Part shown: positions 49,406 through 59,184 of the stretch, one piece after another | How positions within the stretch are numbered: the stretch's first letter is position 1 | Layout: every line of letters begins with the position of its first letter | Origin: Candidatus Latescibacterota bacterium | Lineage (GTDB): Bacteria; Latescibacterota; UBA2968; GCA-2709665 | Direction: 5' to 3' | DNA: 64,000 bases | Assembly (NCBI GenBank): GCA_965208835.1 | Contig: OZ242358.1 | Coordinates: 5,024,001 to 5,088,000 of the forward strand | Translations under genes and position numbers: made by a program | Notes under the pieces: model-generated | What the model was told of the DNA's origin: nothing | What the model saw: only the letters and a program-made list of their open reading frames with translations | The model's database searches: none

Positions 49406-51601
49406 ATGCGAACCCTGCAACTATCAATCCTGTCGTGTCTCCTCGCGACCGCGCCGCTCGAGGCGGCGGAGATCGCCGGCCGCGTCACCGACGCGGAGAC
49501 GCAGGCGCCGGTCGGCAACGCGCGAGTCCGCGTTCTCAACGCCGACCTTGCGACAAAGACGGACCACCGCGGCTATTTCGGACTATCCGGTCTGAATGCC
49601 GGCACATATACGCTTGCGATATCGCATATCGCCTACCTGCCCGCGCAGCGCACGGTCAGCGTGACAGGAACGACAGACGTTCTCATCGAGCTGTCGACCC
49701 GGACGTATCCTCTCGAGGACTTCCCTGTGATCGCCGAACCCTTCGGCGCGGGCGACATTCACAGGAGTCCGGCCTATGCGACCGTGATTACGCGCGAGAG
49801 CTTCGAGGGCAGAGAGACGACCCTGCCGGACGTCCTGGCCGAGGCCACGGGCGTACACGTTAAGCGCCTGGGCGGACTGGGGGCATTCAGCACGATTTCC
49901 CTTCGGGGTTCGTCGGCCGACCAGGTCGAAGTGTACCTCGACGGCGTTCTGTTGAATGCCGCCTTCGGCGGCGGCGTGGACCTCGGCAATCTCCCGTTGG
50001 CGCACGTCGGGCAGATCGAAGTGTATCGCGGCGCGGGCGCGGGTGGCAACGGCCTGGGCGGCGCCGTACACGTGCGCACCCGCCGGCTGCAGAGACGATG
50101 GCGGCATGGTATTCGAGGCTCGTGGGGGGCTTTCGATACACGGCTGATGAGCGGTGTACTCGCGGGCGCGCGGGGGCATTCGGACTTTCTCGTTGTGGCC
50201 GACTACGCGCAAAGCGATAACGACTTCGGGTTTCTGGACGACAACGGGACCGAATACAATGCGGATGACGACGTATGGAGCAGACGCCGGAATAACCACC
50301 ACCGGTCCGTCAACCTGCTGGGCAAATGGCGACGCCCTTTAGGGGAAAACAGCGGCCTGTCCGTTCACGAGACCATGTACTGGAAGGTCCAGGGCATGCC
50401 AGGTATCAGCAACAACCAGTCCCGGAACGCGCAGCTGGATGCCTTCCGCACGATGACGGAAGTCACATACGAGAATCGGGCGCTGTCGAACGGCATGAAC
50501 ACGCAGCAATCGGTGTACGTCACGCACACCCGGGAGCGGTTCCGCGACCCCGACGGCGAAGTTGGAATCGGCCGCCAGGATAACGAATATCGCACGCGCA
50601 CGTATGGATGGCGGGGCCGTTTGCAGACGGTGCTGCTTTCACGCTGCAATGCAACGGCCGTCGTTGGCCTGCGCCGGGAGGCCTATGCGCCCACAGCGCG
50701 GATCCGGGGCGTCGCGAATTTCTTCGACAGCCGGCGATGGGTCTTTTCGGCGCGGGCCGGTGCCGATGTTTCCTTGCCGGGGAAATCCGGCGTGTGGTCG
50801 CTGGGTGCCGAACACCGACTCGTACACAGCTCATTCACAGGCGCCAATCCGTTCAATTTTTCTCCACTTGCGCCCGATTCCGCGAATACCCGCAATCTCA
50901 CGAGCGTTCGTACCGGGGTGCGGCTGGACCTTGCACCGCACCTGACGTTCAAGGCCAATGCGGGGCGCGTCTTCCGGATTCCGTCTTTCTTCGAGCTCTT
51001 CGGCGACCGCGGCGGGGTGGTGGGCAACGTCAATCTCCGGCCTGAATACGGTTTTGCGTGGGATGGCGGCCTGCGCTGGTCGGACGGGGCGACGACGCTG
51101 GAATTGGCGTTTTTCGATCACCGCTATGAAGACTTGATCCAGTTTGTCCACACGTCGCAGGCCACTTCGCGGCCCGTCAATATCGGTAGCGCGCGGGTGT
51201 ACGGGATCGAAGTCACGGCGCGGAAGCGCTTCGGGCCTCGCTTCGAACTGACCGGAAACTACACGTTTCAGAATGCCAGAGACCGATCGGCAGTTCCATA
51301 TCTGACCGGGAATGTCCTGCCCAACCGTCCTCCTCACGCGCTTTTCGTCCGCGCGACGGCGCGGATGGGACGTTGTACCCTGGCCTATGATTACAGCCTC
51401 GAGGACGGCAGCTTTCTGGACCAGGCCAACCGACGTCCCCTGTCGGTGCGCCAGATTCACAATGCCGGCGTGAAGGTGGATACCGGGCTGCGGTTGCAAA
51501 TCGGACTGGAGGCGAAAAATTTCTCCGGGGCGCAGATCGCCGATACCTGGGGATATCCGCTGCCGGGGCGCGCGTTTTTCGTGAGTATAAAAACGGAATA
51601 G
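49406..51601 (+). CDS. TonB-dependent receptor (BtuB-like)
   Basis: N-terminal carboxypeptidase-regulatory-like domain; plug ISLRGSSADQVEVYLDGV, IEVYRG; FRIPSFFELFG, GNVNLRPE, YPLPGR. Confidence 0.92.
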   Translation: MRTLQLSILSCLLATAPLEAAEIAGRVTDAETQAPVGNARVRVLNADLATKTDHRGYFGLSGLNAGTYTLAISHIAYLPAQRTVSVTGTTDVLIELSTRTYPLEDFPVIAEPFGAGDIHRSPAYATVITRESFEGRETTLPDVLAEATGVHVKRLGGLGAFSTISLRGSSADQVEVYLDGVLLNAAFGGGVDLGNLPLAHVGQIEVYRGAGAGGNGLGGAVHVRTRRLQRRWRHGIRGSWGAFDTRLMSGVLAGARGHSDFLVVADYAQSDNDFGFLDDNGTEYNADDDVWSRRRNNHHRSVNLLGKWRRPLGENSGLSVHETMYWKVQGMPGISNNQSRNAQLDAFRTMTEVTYENRALSNGMNTQQSVYVTHTRERFRDPDGEVGIGRQDNEYRTRTYGWRGRLQTVLLSRCNATAVVGLRREAYAPTARIRGVANFFDSRRWVFSARAGADVSLPGKSGVWSLGAEHRLVHSSFTGANPFNFSPLAPDSANTRNLTSVRTGVRLDLAPHLTFKANAGRVFRIPSFFELFGDRGGVVGNVNLRPEYGFAWDGGLRWSDGATTLELAFFDHRYEDLIQFVHTSQATSRPVNIGSARVYGIEVTARKRFGPRFELTGNYTFQNARDRSAVPYLTGNVLPNRPPHALFVRATARMGRCTLAYDYSLEDGSFLDQANRRPLSVRQIHNAGVKVDTGLRLQIGLEAKNFSGAQIADTWGYPLPGRAFFVSIKTE

Positions 51602-51726
51602 GCAACGGCGGGACGGCACGGGAAGGCCCCGTTGCGCACCCGCCTCCTTCAACCGAAGTCTTCCTGTCCGGCGAAGACTGAACTACAGATCGCGGACATT
51701 TTACATTTTAACCGAGGAGGGATTCA

Positions 51727-52968
51727 ATGAGGTGGATTCTGCTGGCTCTGTTTCTTGCAACCGATGCATTCGCGAACCAGGCGGTGATGACCACGACGGA
51801 TTACACAAGCGGAGCATTGTCAAGCCTGGATCTCGGCACGAATACGGCTGCGAACGACCACCTGGTCATTCATTCCGACGCCGTCGTGCGCGTCTATCGC
51901 GACAAGGTGTACGTTCTCAATCGCCTGGGTCAGGACAACGTGATCGTCCTCAATCGCGGCGATCTTGCGACGCCCTTGACGCAATATTCCACGGGGAACG
52001 GCTCGAACCCCCACGATATCGCCTTTGTCAGCGAGGAGAAAGCGTATATCTCTCTTTACGAACGAACGCAATTGCTCATCGTCAATCCCGTCACGGGCGA
52101 TTCGCTGGGTTCGGTGGACCTTTCCACGTTCGCGGATGCAGACGGCCTGCCGGAAACGTCTCAACTCGCACTATACGGCGGCCATCTGTTCGCGGCGTGT
52201 CATCGGCTGGACAGGGAGAATGGGTGGGTGCCGACCGAATTCTCAGCGATTGCAGTTATCGACGTGACGACCGACCAACTCGTGGACGCGGATCCGGCAG
52301 CAGAGGGCATGCAGGGGATTGAAATGACCAGCAAAAATCCCGCGGGTGCAGCCCGCCGAGGCAGCAAGTGGATCGTAAGTGCGGTGAATACCTACTCCGA
52401 CCTGACCGACGGCGGTATCGAGGTGATTGATCTCGCGGCCATGAGGAGCGAAGGCATTGTGCTGGACGAGGCGGCCGTGGGCGGCAATCTGAGTTCTCTG
52501 GTGATGACTTCCGAGAGTGACGGGTATGCCGTCATTACCGACGAGAATTTCGTCAATACCGTCAAACGGCTGGATCTGACGGCAGGTTCCGTTTCTCAGG
52601 GGCTCGACGGTCTTTCCGGCGGATTCGTACCTGGCCTTGGCGTGTTCGGGGAGCGGTTATATATTCTGGACCAGGGGAGTTTCGGCGATCCGGCGTCCGC
52701 CGGCGTCAAGGTCTACGACGTGAGCACGGATGAGCTGGTGGCCGGACCGATCGGCACGGGCTTGCCGCCGTCCAGCATTGCATTCGTCGGCAGTGTGGCT
52801 GACTTCGATGGGGATTGCGTTGTGGACTTCAGCGATTTCCTGGCATTTGCCTCCGCGTTCGGAAGGACAGCCGGTGACGATGATTTCGACGGCAAATTCG
52901 ACCTGAACGGCGATGGTGAGGTCGATTTTCAGGACTTTCTGATCTTTGCTTCGGAATATGGAGGCTGA
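51727..52968 (+). CDS. Secreted beta-propeller protein with C-terminal dockerin/EF-hand-like pair
   Basis: GSNPHDIAFVSEEKAYISLY-type blades; tail ADFDGDCVVDFSDFLAFASAFG...FDLNGDGEVDFQDFLIFASEYG; GAGGAGG RBS. Confidence 0.8.
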   Translation: MRWILLALFLATDAFANQAVMTTTDYTSGALSSLDLGTNTAANDHLVIHSDAVVRVYRDKVYVLNRLGQDNVIVLNRGDLATPLTQYSTGNGSNPHDIAFVSEEKAYISLYERTQLLIVNPVTGDSLGSVDLSTFADADGLPETSQLALYGGHLFAACHRLDRENGWVPTEFSAIAVIDVTTDQLVDADPAAEGMQGIEMTSKNPAGAARRGSKWIVSAVNTYSDLTDGGIEVIDLAAMRSEGIVLDEAAVGGNLSSLVMTSESDGYAVITDENFVNTVKRLDLTAGSVSQGLDGLSGGFVPGLGVFGERLYILDQGSFGDPASAGVKVYDVSTDELVAGPIGTGLPPSSIAFVGSVADFDGDCVVDFSDFLAFASAFGRTAGDDDFDGKFDLNGDGEVDFQDFLIFASEYGG

Positions 52969-52976
52969 TGAAGAAA

Positions 52977-53118
52977 CGGGTAGAAATGGGAAGACGTGAG
53001 ACGGGAGAGGGTAGAGATAACCTTCCTCCTGACGTTTCTTCTCGTGCCGGAGGCAAGGAGGGACAAAAATAACGGGCAAGGATTTCTTCTACCGTCTTCC
53101 CTCTCACCTCTACCCGCT
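52977..53118 (+). repeat. Repeat family A, copy 4
   Basis: GACGTGAGACGGGAGAGGGTAGA...TCGTGCCGGAGGCAA...TCTACCGTCTTCCCTCTCACCTCTACCC. Confidence 0.85.
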
Positions 53119-53160
53119 TTTGGCTGATCGCTTTTTTCCTGATAGCTGCTCTTACTGCAT

Positions 53161-54285
53161 ATGGACGAATACCTCGATCGCCACGAACACTACGATCTGC
53201 ATCGCGATGGCCGTTATTTGATCGTTGAATTGCGGACGCCCCACCAGGTCCTGAGTACGTCGGCGCATCGCGGCGGGCTGTGCATGGACCTCCGATTTCT
53301 GGTGAATCACCAGAGTTGCGAAGGGACGGGGCACGAAGCCCGCTTTGCGTTGATCAGGCAACTCGGCCAGGCGGGCTATCACCGCCACGTCTGCGCGGAA
53401 CGCGGTCTGCCCGCGGATGACGTCGCCGTGATGGGTACGGCCGCGAACATGAACTGCGCGGCTCACGTCGTGGAAACCCACGCGGAATTGCGCGTATGCG
53501 CGGTCGTAACGGCGGGCGTGGAGGGCAATGCGGGATGCGCCGGTGATCCGGCAACCTGGCACGAAGAGGATGCAGACTGGATCCGGACGAATCCGCACGC
53601 CGGCACCATCAACACCATGCTGCTCATCAACTGGCCGCTCACGCCGGGCGCGATGGCGCGGGCGGCGGTCACGATGACCGAGGGCAAATCGGCCGCACTC
53701 CGTGATCTCGCCATATCCAGCCGCTATTCTCACGACCTCGCAACGGGCACCGGGACCGACCAGTACTGTATCGCGGCGCCGCTGGACGAAGCGAGAGTAC
53801 CAAAAACCAACGCGGGCCATCACGCGAAACTGGGGGAGCTGATCGGGCGGGCGGTACGCAAGGCCACACTGGAATCCCTGCGATGGCAGAACGGCCTGGA
53901 GCCGTCACATACGAGAAGCGTCTTCCACGCGCTGAAGCGACTCGGGTTCAGGCGCGACCGGTTTCTGCGGGCCATGGACATACGCCTGAAGGAACAGGAG
54001 CGCGAATTGATGGAAAAAAACCTCGAGTCAGTCGTTTATGAACCGCGTGTGTCGGCTGCGGCTTACGCGTACGCGGCGGTCTGGGACCGCGTGCGGTACG
54101 GAACGCTCTCGCAAGCATTGGCCGATCCGGTGTTGCGGCAGCAGGCAGCCACGTTGGCTGCCTCACTGGCGGCGAAACCCGAAGCGTGGCCGTCCTGTTA
54201 CGCCAGGCTTCACGCAAAGGAAAACGCCCCGCTGGATCTCGTCTACGATGCGCTCGCCCTCGGATGGCGTCTGAAATGGACCTGA
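53161..54285 (+). CDS. cbiZ: Adenosylcobinamide amidohydrolase
   Basis: VLSTS...GG, NHQSCE, MGTAANM, VTAGVEGNA, GTIN, TEGKSAAL, ATGTGTD, GHHAKLGELIG. Confidence 0.9.
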   Translation: MDEYLDRHEHYDLHRDGRYLIVELRTPHQVLSTSAHRGGLCMDLRFLVNHQSCEGTGHEARFALIRQLGQAGYHRHVCAERGLPADDVAVMGTAANMNCAAHVVETHAELRVCAVVTAGVEGNAGCAGDPATWHEEDADWIRTNPHAGTINTMLLINWPLTPGAMARAAVTMTEGKSAALRDLAISSRYSHDLATGTGTDQYCIAAPLDEARVPKTNAGHHAKLGELIGRAVRKATLESLRWQNGLEPSHTRSVFHALKRLGFRRDRFLRAMDIRLKEQERELMEKNLESVVYEPRVSAAAYAYAAVWDRVRYGTLSQALADPVLRQQAATLAASLAAKPEAWPSCYARLHAKENAPLDLVYDALALGWRLKWT

Positions 54286-55256
54286 CCCTGCTTGCGCCCG
54301 ATCCGATTCTTCTCCTCTTCGCGGTGTTTCTGGACGGGCTGTTCGGTGACCCGGTTTTTGCGTGGCACCCCATTCGCCTGATGGGTGGTACGCTCTCCAT
54401 TTTCGAGCGGATGCTGCGCCGCCTGGGTCTGGACGGATACGCGGGCGGTTGTATGCTGATGTTACTCCTCTCCGCGTTCTGGATTGGTCTGATCTGTGGA
54501 TTGGCGATGGTTTTGAGTCATTTCCAATACGATATCGGATGGATCTTCCAGGCCTATATTATATTTAGTATGATTGCGCTAAAGGACCTGTGCAGACACG
54601 GGATGGCCATCGATCGCGCCGCCGACCCTGATGGCGCGCGAAGGGCGGTTTCGATGCTCGTCGGCCGGGATACCGAGAGAATGGATGCCGCGGCCTGCCG
54701 ACGAGCGGGTATGGAGAGCTTGAGCGAGAACGCGGTGGACGGGTTTGTTTCGCCCATCTTCTGGTACGCGGTTCTGGGACTTCCGGGGATCGTCTTCTTC
54801 AAGGTGGTGAGCACCATGGACTCCATGGTGGGATTCAGGACACCGCAATACCGTTACTTCGGCTGGTGCGGCGCCCGGATGGACGACGTACTCAACTATG
54901 TCCCGGCAAGATTGACCTATCTCGGGATGGTAGTCGTCGCCTTCCTCCTGCCCGGATGTTCCGCCCGCAAGGCGCTGCTTGCCGGTTGGCGACAGCACGC
55001 GCTCGTTCCCGGCCCGAATTCCGGCTGGAGCGAGGCAACGGCATCGGGCGCGCTGCAGCGACGCCTCGCGGGGCCCATCTGGCAGGATGGAAAGCAGATA
55101 ACTGACCTCTGGCTGGGCGACGGATCCGACCCGGAAGGCGGACAGCCCGGGGACATGCGGCGTATGTGCGCGTTTGTGATTGTCACCTGTCTGTTCGCGA
55201 CAGGCACGGCGGCGGCCTGTTTGTTCGTTTTGCGGCCGCACGGGTTGACTTTCTGA
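54276..55256 (+). CDS. cbiB: Adenosylcobinamide-phosphate synthase
   Basis: GDP...HPIRLMG, LVGRDT, ESLSENAVDG, STMDSMVG, ARMDDVLNYVPARL, PNSGWSEA. Confidence 0.93.
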   Translation: MDLTLLAPDPILLLFAVFLDGLFGDPVFAWHPIRLMGGTLSIFERMLRRLGLDGYAGGCMLMLLLSAFWIGLICGLAMVLSHFQYDIGWIFQAYIIFSMIALKDLCRHGMAIDRAADPDGARRAVSMLVGRDTERMDAAACRRAGMESLSENAVDGFVSPIFWYAVLGLPGIVFFKVVSTMDSMVGFRTPQYRYFGWCGARMDDVLNYVPARLTYLGMVVVAFLLPGCSARKALLAGWRQHALVPGPNSGWSEATASGALQRRLAGPIWQDGKQITDLWLGDGSDPEGGQPGDMRRMCAFVIVTCLFATGTAAACLFVLRPHGLTF

Positions 55257-55321
55257 GGTCCCGCCGCTATCTTGGTCTGCCATGCTCATCCTGATCCACG
55301 GACTCCTTCAGAAAGGCGACC

Positions 55322-56911
55322 ATGATGAAATCTTCAATCGCTGCGCTGGGGCTGGCAGGTCTCTTTTTCTTCTCAACACCTGGTTTCGCTCATGACGACG
55401 GAGTGCGAGCGAACGAAGTTGTAGACAGAGAGACCCTGATGGCATTTGCAGAAGCGGCCAGGGATTCCCTCGAGAGCGCCGCGGACTTTGCCGAGGTCGG
55501 GCGACTGGTGGAGGCATTCAGGTCCGAAGGCGACTGGAAAGACGGCCCGGTCTATCTCGTCATTCTGACCCCGGAAGGCGTAGTGCAGGTTCACGCGGCC
55601 GATGTGACGTTCGAAGACAAGAATGTACTCGATCTCGAGGATGACAGAGGTACGAAGATTGTCCGGGACATGCTCGCCGCGGCAGATGAGGACGGCGGGT
55701 TTGTCGAGTACTACTGGGACGATCCAGCCGTGGATGACGACGATTCACACAGACTCGCCTACGCGGTTCCCGTTGCCATTCGCGGGGACGATTTCATCCT
55801 TGTCGGCGGCTTCCATATGGATTTGTCCCACGTCGACTCCGAGCCGAACATCTTTGAACTGCTGGAGGTGACTGCGCAGGATGTAAAGGACAGGGCGTCG
55901 CTGAAGGCCTTTGTGGAAGGTCTGAGGGTCCTCGTTCCCATCATCGAAGAAAAGGGCTATGCGTACCTGGCAACCGTGCAGGCCGCAATCAGGACCGAGG
56001 GCGAGGACTTCAAACATGGTTCGATATACATCTTCGTCATAGACTCCTCGGGCCACCTGATCTTTCACGGGACCGCAGACCTTAGTCTGATAGGCGAGAA
56101 CATGATCGACGTCGAGGACGTCAACGGCCTCAAGATTGTACAGGATATCATTGCGAAGGCGGAAGCGGGCGGCGGCTTCGTGAAATACTATTGGGACAAT
56201 CCCGCGGTCATCGGAGATGAGGACACCAGGTCGCCCAAGCTGAGCTACGTGATCCCGGTCAACGTTTTCGGTCAGACCTTTATCGTGGGAGCAGGCATCT
56301 ATCTGGAGAGCGATATCGCATTCGAAGACGTCGCCCAGGTGGATGTGCAAATTGTGGGCGATGGCGATCCGGGGGGCCTGACCGTCGAGGTTTCGCGTTC
56401 GATTTCCGGACGTCTGCCTGTCTTTGCGTGGCGTAAGACGACCGATGAGACGGGGCGCGCCGTGGTTAGAGTCACACCGGACGAACACCGCCGCGTAAAC
56501 GGCATGTACCGGGCGCGCGTGCGTAATGCACAAGGAGAGACCATCGCCAGCTGGAGCAGCATTCCGCTGATGCCCGGCAGGCGCGTTACGTATGAGGTCA
56601 ATTTGAATGGCGACGTAAACGCCGTCAGCCAGCTTGCTTCATCGTTGGACCCCAACCGTCCGAATCCGTTCAACCCCGCGACAACCATACGCTATTCCCT
56701 GGAAAGAGCGGTCGACGTGAAACTGGCGATCTACAACCTGTTGGGCCAGGAGGTCCGGCTGCTGGTTCGACGGTTCCAGCCCGCGGGAAGCTATACGGTC
56801 ACGTGGGATGGCCGCGACGCTGCCGGACGGCAGGTGAGTACGGGCGTGTACCTTTATCGGCTTCAGGCGGGGACGGACGTGGTGTCGCGCAAGATGGTGC
56901 TGGCAAAGTAG
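55322..56911 (+). CDS. Secreted double-Cache-domain protein with C-terminal FlgD/T9SS-like domain
   Basis: Two repeats of GxxYxxxxxxxG..H...D.ED..G.KIV....GGFV.YYWD.P; tail PNRPNPFNPATTIRYSL...IYNLLGQEVR...WDGRD..G..VSTGVYLYRL. Confidence 0.85.
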   Translation: MMKSSIAALGLAGLFFFSTPGFAHDDGVRANEVVDRETLMAFAEAARDSLESAADFAEVGRLVEAFRSEGDWKDGPVYLVILTPEGVVQVHAADVTFEDKNVLDLEDDRGTKIVRDMLAAADEDGGFVEYYWDDPAVDDDDSHRLAYAVPVAIRGDDFILVGGFHMDLSHVDSEPNIFELLEVTAQDVKDRASLKAFVEGLRVLVPIIEEKGYAYLATVQAAIRTEGEDFKHGSIYIFVIDSSGHLIFHGTADLSLIGENMIDVEDVNGLKIVQDIIAKAEAGGGFVKYYWDNPAVIGDEDTRSPKLSYVIPVNVFGQTFIVGAGIYLESDIAFEDVAQVDVQIVGDGDPGGLTVEVSRSISGRLPVFAWRKTTDETGRAVVRVTPDEHRRVNGMYRARVRNAQGETIASWSSIPLMPGRRVTYEVNLNGDVNAVSQLASSLDPNRPNPFNPATTIRYSLERAVDVKLAIYNLLGQEVRLLVRRFQPAGSYTVTWDGRDAAGRQVSTGVYLYRLQAGTDVVSRKMVLAK

Positions 56912-57036
56912 CTATCGGGTAAGCATACCTGGACAATTTCAGGTAACAGAGAGAGACGGGTTTCGTGTATGGAGTCAGAAAAGGCGCGGCCCGTCTTTTC
57001 ATTGACATGGACGTGTCACGCGATTCCGGAGACGCG

Positions 57037-58083
57037 GTGACTGAGGCGATTCTGACTGCGCAGGACCTTTCCATCGGATACAAGAGCGGTCGCCGGCCGC
57101 CACGCATTGTGGTAAGCGACATCAATATGACGCTCGATCACGGTGAATTCGTCTGTCTGCTGGGACCCAACGGCGCCGGGAAGTCCACGCTCATGCGCAC
57201 GCTCGCCGGGATGCAGCCGCCGCTGAACGGCGACGTCCACATCGCGGGGAAAGATATTGCGGAGATGTCCGCGACGGAAGTCGCCCAACTCCTCAGCGTT
57301 GTGCTCACCGACCGCGTCAGCGCGGGGACCATGACCGTGCGCGATCTGGTCGGCCTGGGACGATATCCCCATACCGATTGGATCGGACGCTTCACCTCCG
57401 AAGACAGCCATGCCGTTTCATGGGCGATTCGCGCGGCGGGGGCCGGGGACCTGGAACACCGCAACGTGGCCGAACTCAGCGATGGCGAGCGCCAGAGGGT
57501 GATGATCGCGCGCGCGCTGGCGCAGCAGCCGGATCTGATGATCCTGGATGAACCTACCGCCTTTCTCGACCTGCCCCGCCGCGTGGAAATCATGGCTCTA
57601 TTGCGGAATCTCGCACACACGACCCGGAAGGCCATCTTCCTCTCCACCCACGACCTGGATCTGGCGCTTCGCTGCGCGGACCGCATCTATCTCTTACCGT
57701 CTGAAGGCGCATTGCACACCGGCGCGCCGGAGGACCTGGTCCTCAATGGCGCTTTTGAAGCGGCGTTCGGGAGCGATGGCGTACGTTTTGACGCCGATTC
57801 GGGCGCGTTCAGGCTCACCACGGAGCGCGGGGGGGCCGCGGTCGAAGTTACGGGAACGGGGCGGCACGCGTATTGGACGAGGCGGGCGCTTGAGAGAGCG
57901 GGATTTCAAGTGCGTGACGCGGCATCCGGGTGCCGCATCGACATCCTGGACGGCGAAAATGGAGCCTGGCGCTTCGAACGCGACGGGAACACGATGGAAT
58001 TCTATTCCATATACGACTTAATCACGACGATCAAATGCGAATATGGAATAGATGCGCTGCAGGAGCCGGGAAAAACGGGATGA
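57037..58083 (+). CDS. ABC transporter ATP-binding protein (BtuD/FecE-like)
   Basis: GPNGAGKST, LSDGERQR, ILDEPT, STHD. Confidence 0.93.
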   Translation: MTEAILTAQDLSIGYKSGRRPPRIVVSDINMTLDHGEFVCLLGPNGAGKSTLMRTLAGMQPPLNGDVHIAGKDIAEMSATEVAQLLSVVLTDRVSAGTMTVRDLVGLGRYPHTDWIGRFTSEDSHAVSWAIRAAGAGDLEHRNVAELSDGERQRVMIARALAQQPDLMILDEPTAFLDLPRRVEIMALLRNLAHTTRKAIFLSTHDLDLALRCADRIYLLPSEGALHTGAPEDLVLNGAFEAAFGSDGVRFDADSGAFRLTTERGGAAVEVTGTGRHAYWTRRALERAGFQVRDAASGCRIDILDGENGAWRFERDGNTMEFYSIYDLITTIKCEYGIDALQEPGKTG

Positions 58084-59147
58084 GATCGGAACCGAAAGAT
58101 GAAGCGCGGGAAGGACCGCGGCGCACGATCATGGTGCCGGGGTTGTTCCTTCTGCTGTTGATCGCGTTCGGGCTTAGCCTGTCGCTCGGATCGGTCCGCA
58201 TTCCCCTGGCCGGACTGTTCGACGTTCTCCTGGGGAGGGAGACGGGATCTCCCGCATGGCCCATCATCATTCACACGATCCGCCTGCCGCGGGCAATCAC
58301 GGGTGTGCTGGCCGGCGCCGCGCTGGCTGTCAGCGGCCTGCAGATGCAGACGCTGTTCCGCAATCCGCTCGCTGATCCGTTCGTGCTCGGCATCAGCGCC
58401 GGCGCCAGCCTGGGCGTGGCCATCGTGGTGTTGTCGGCTGGCGCGGCAGGCGGCGTGCTGATCGCCGGGATGGGCTTCGTGGGCGACCTCGGCCTGGCTG
58501 CCGCGGCAATCCTGGGCGCCGCTGTCGTGCTGGGGTGCGTGCTGCTGGTCTCCCGCAGCGTGAGCAGCGTGATGACGCTGCTTATCCTCGGCCTGATGTT
58601 CGGATACGCGACGGCGGCATTCGTCAGCATTCTGATCTACTTCAGCGTTCCCGAGCAGATCCAGTCGTATATCCTGTGGACGTTTGGCAGCTTCGGCAGC
58701 GTGACGTGGCGCCAGATACCTGTGCTGGTCTGCACGACGCTGTTCGGTCTCCTGCTGGCGCTGCTGTGCATCAAGCCGCTCAATGCGCTCCTGCTGGGAG
58801 AGAATTACGCCAGAAGCATGGGGCTCAACGTAAAACGTGCACGCCTGTGGATCCTGGTCAGCGCGTCCGTTCTCGCCGGCGCCACCACCGCCTTCTGCGG
58901 GCCCATCGCGTTTCTGGGGCTGGCCGTGCCGCACCTGTGCCGCAGCCTCCTGCACACGTCGGACCACCGTATGCTCATGCCCGCCGTCATCTGCCTTGGG
59001 GCGACGCTGGCGCTGCTGTCCGATCTGTTCGCCCACCTGCCGGGGAGCCACTACGTGCTTCCGCTGAATGCGGTGACCTCCCTCATCGGCGCGCCCGTGG
59101 TCATCTGGTTCATCCTGCATCGGAAGAACCTGAGCCAGACGGTTTAG
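58080..59147 (+). CDS. ABC transporter permease (BtuC/FecCD-like)
   Basis: IRLPRA, QTLFRNPLADPFVLGISAGA, LLLGENYARSMG, CGPIAFLGLAVPH. Confidence 0.93.
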   Translation: MRSEPKDEAREGPRRTIMVPGLFLLLLIAFGLSLSLGSVRIPLAGLFDVLLGRETGSPAWPIIIHTIRLPRAITGVLAGAALAVSGLQMQTLFRNPLADPFVLGISAGASLGVAIVVLSAGAAGGVLIAGMGFVGDLGLAAAAILGAAVVLGCVLLVSRSVSSVMTLLILGLMFGYATAAFVSILIYFSVPEQIQSYILWTFGSFGSVTWRQIPVLVCTTLFGLLLALLCIKPLNALLLGENYARSMGLNVKRARLWILVSASVLAGATTAFCGPIAFLGLAVPHLCRSLLHTSDHRMLMPAVICLGATLALLSDLFAHLPGSHYVLPLNAVTSLIGAPVVIWFILHRKNLSQTV

Positions 59148-59184
59148 CGATTTGAAATCAACAGGCGGGAAGTTGCATGGGTGG

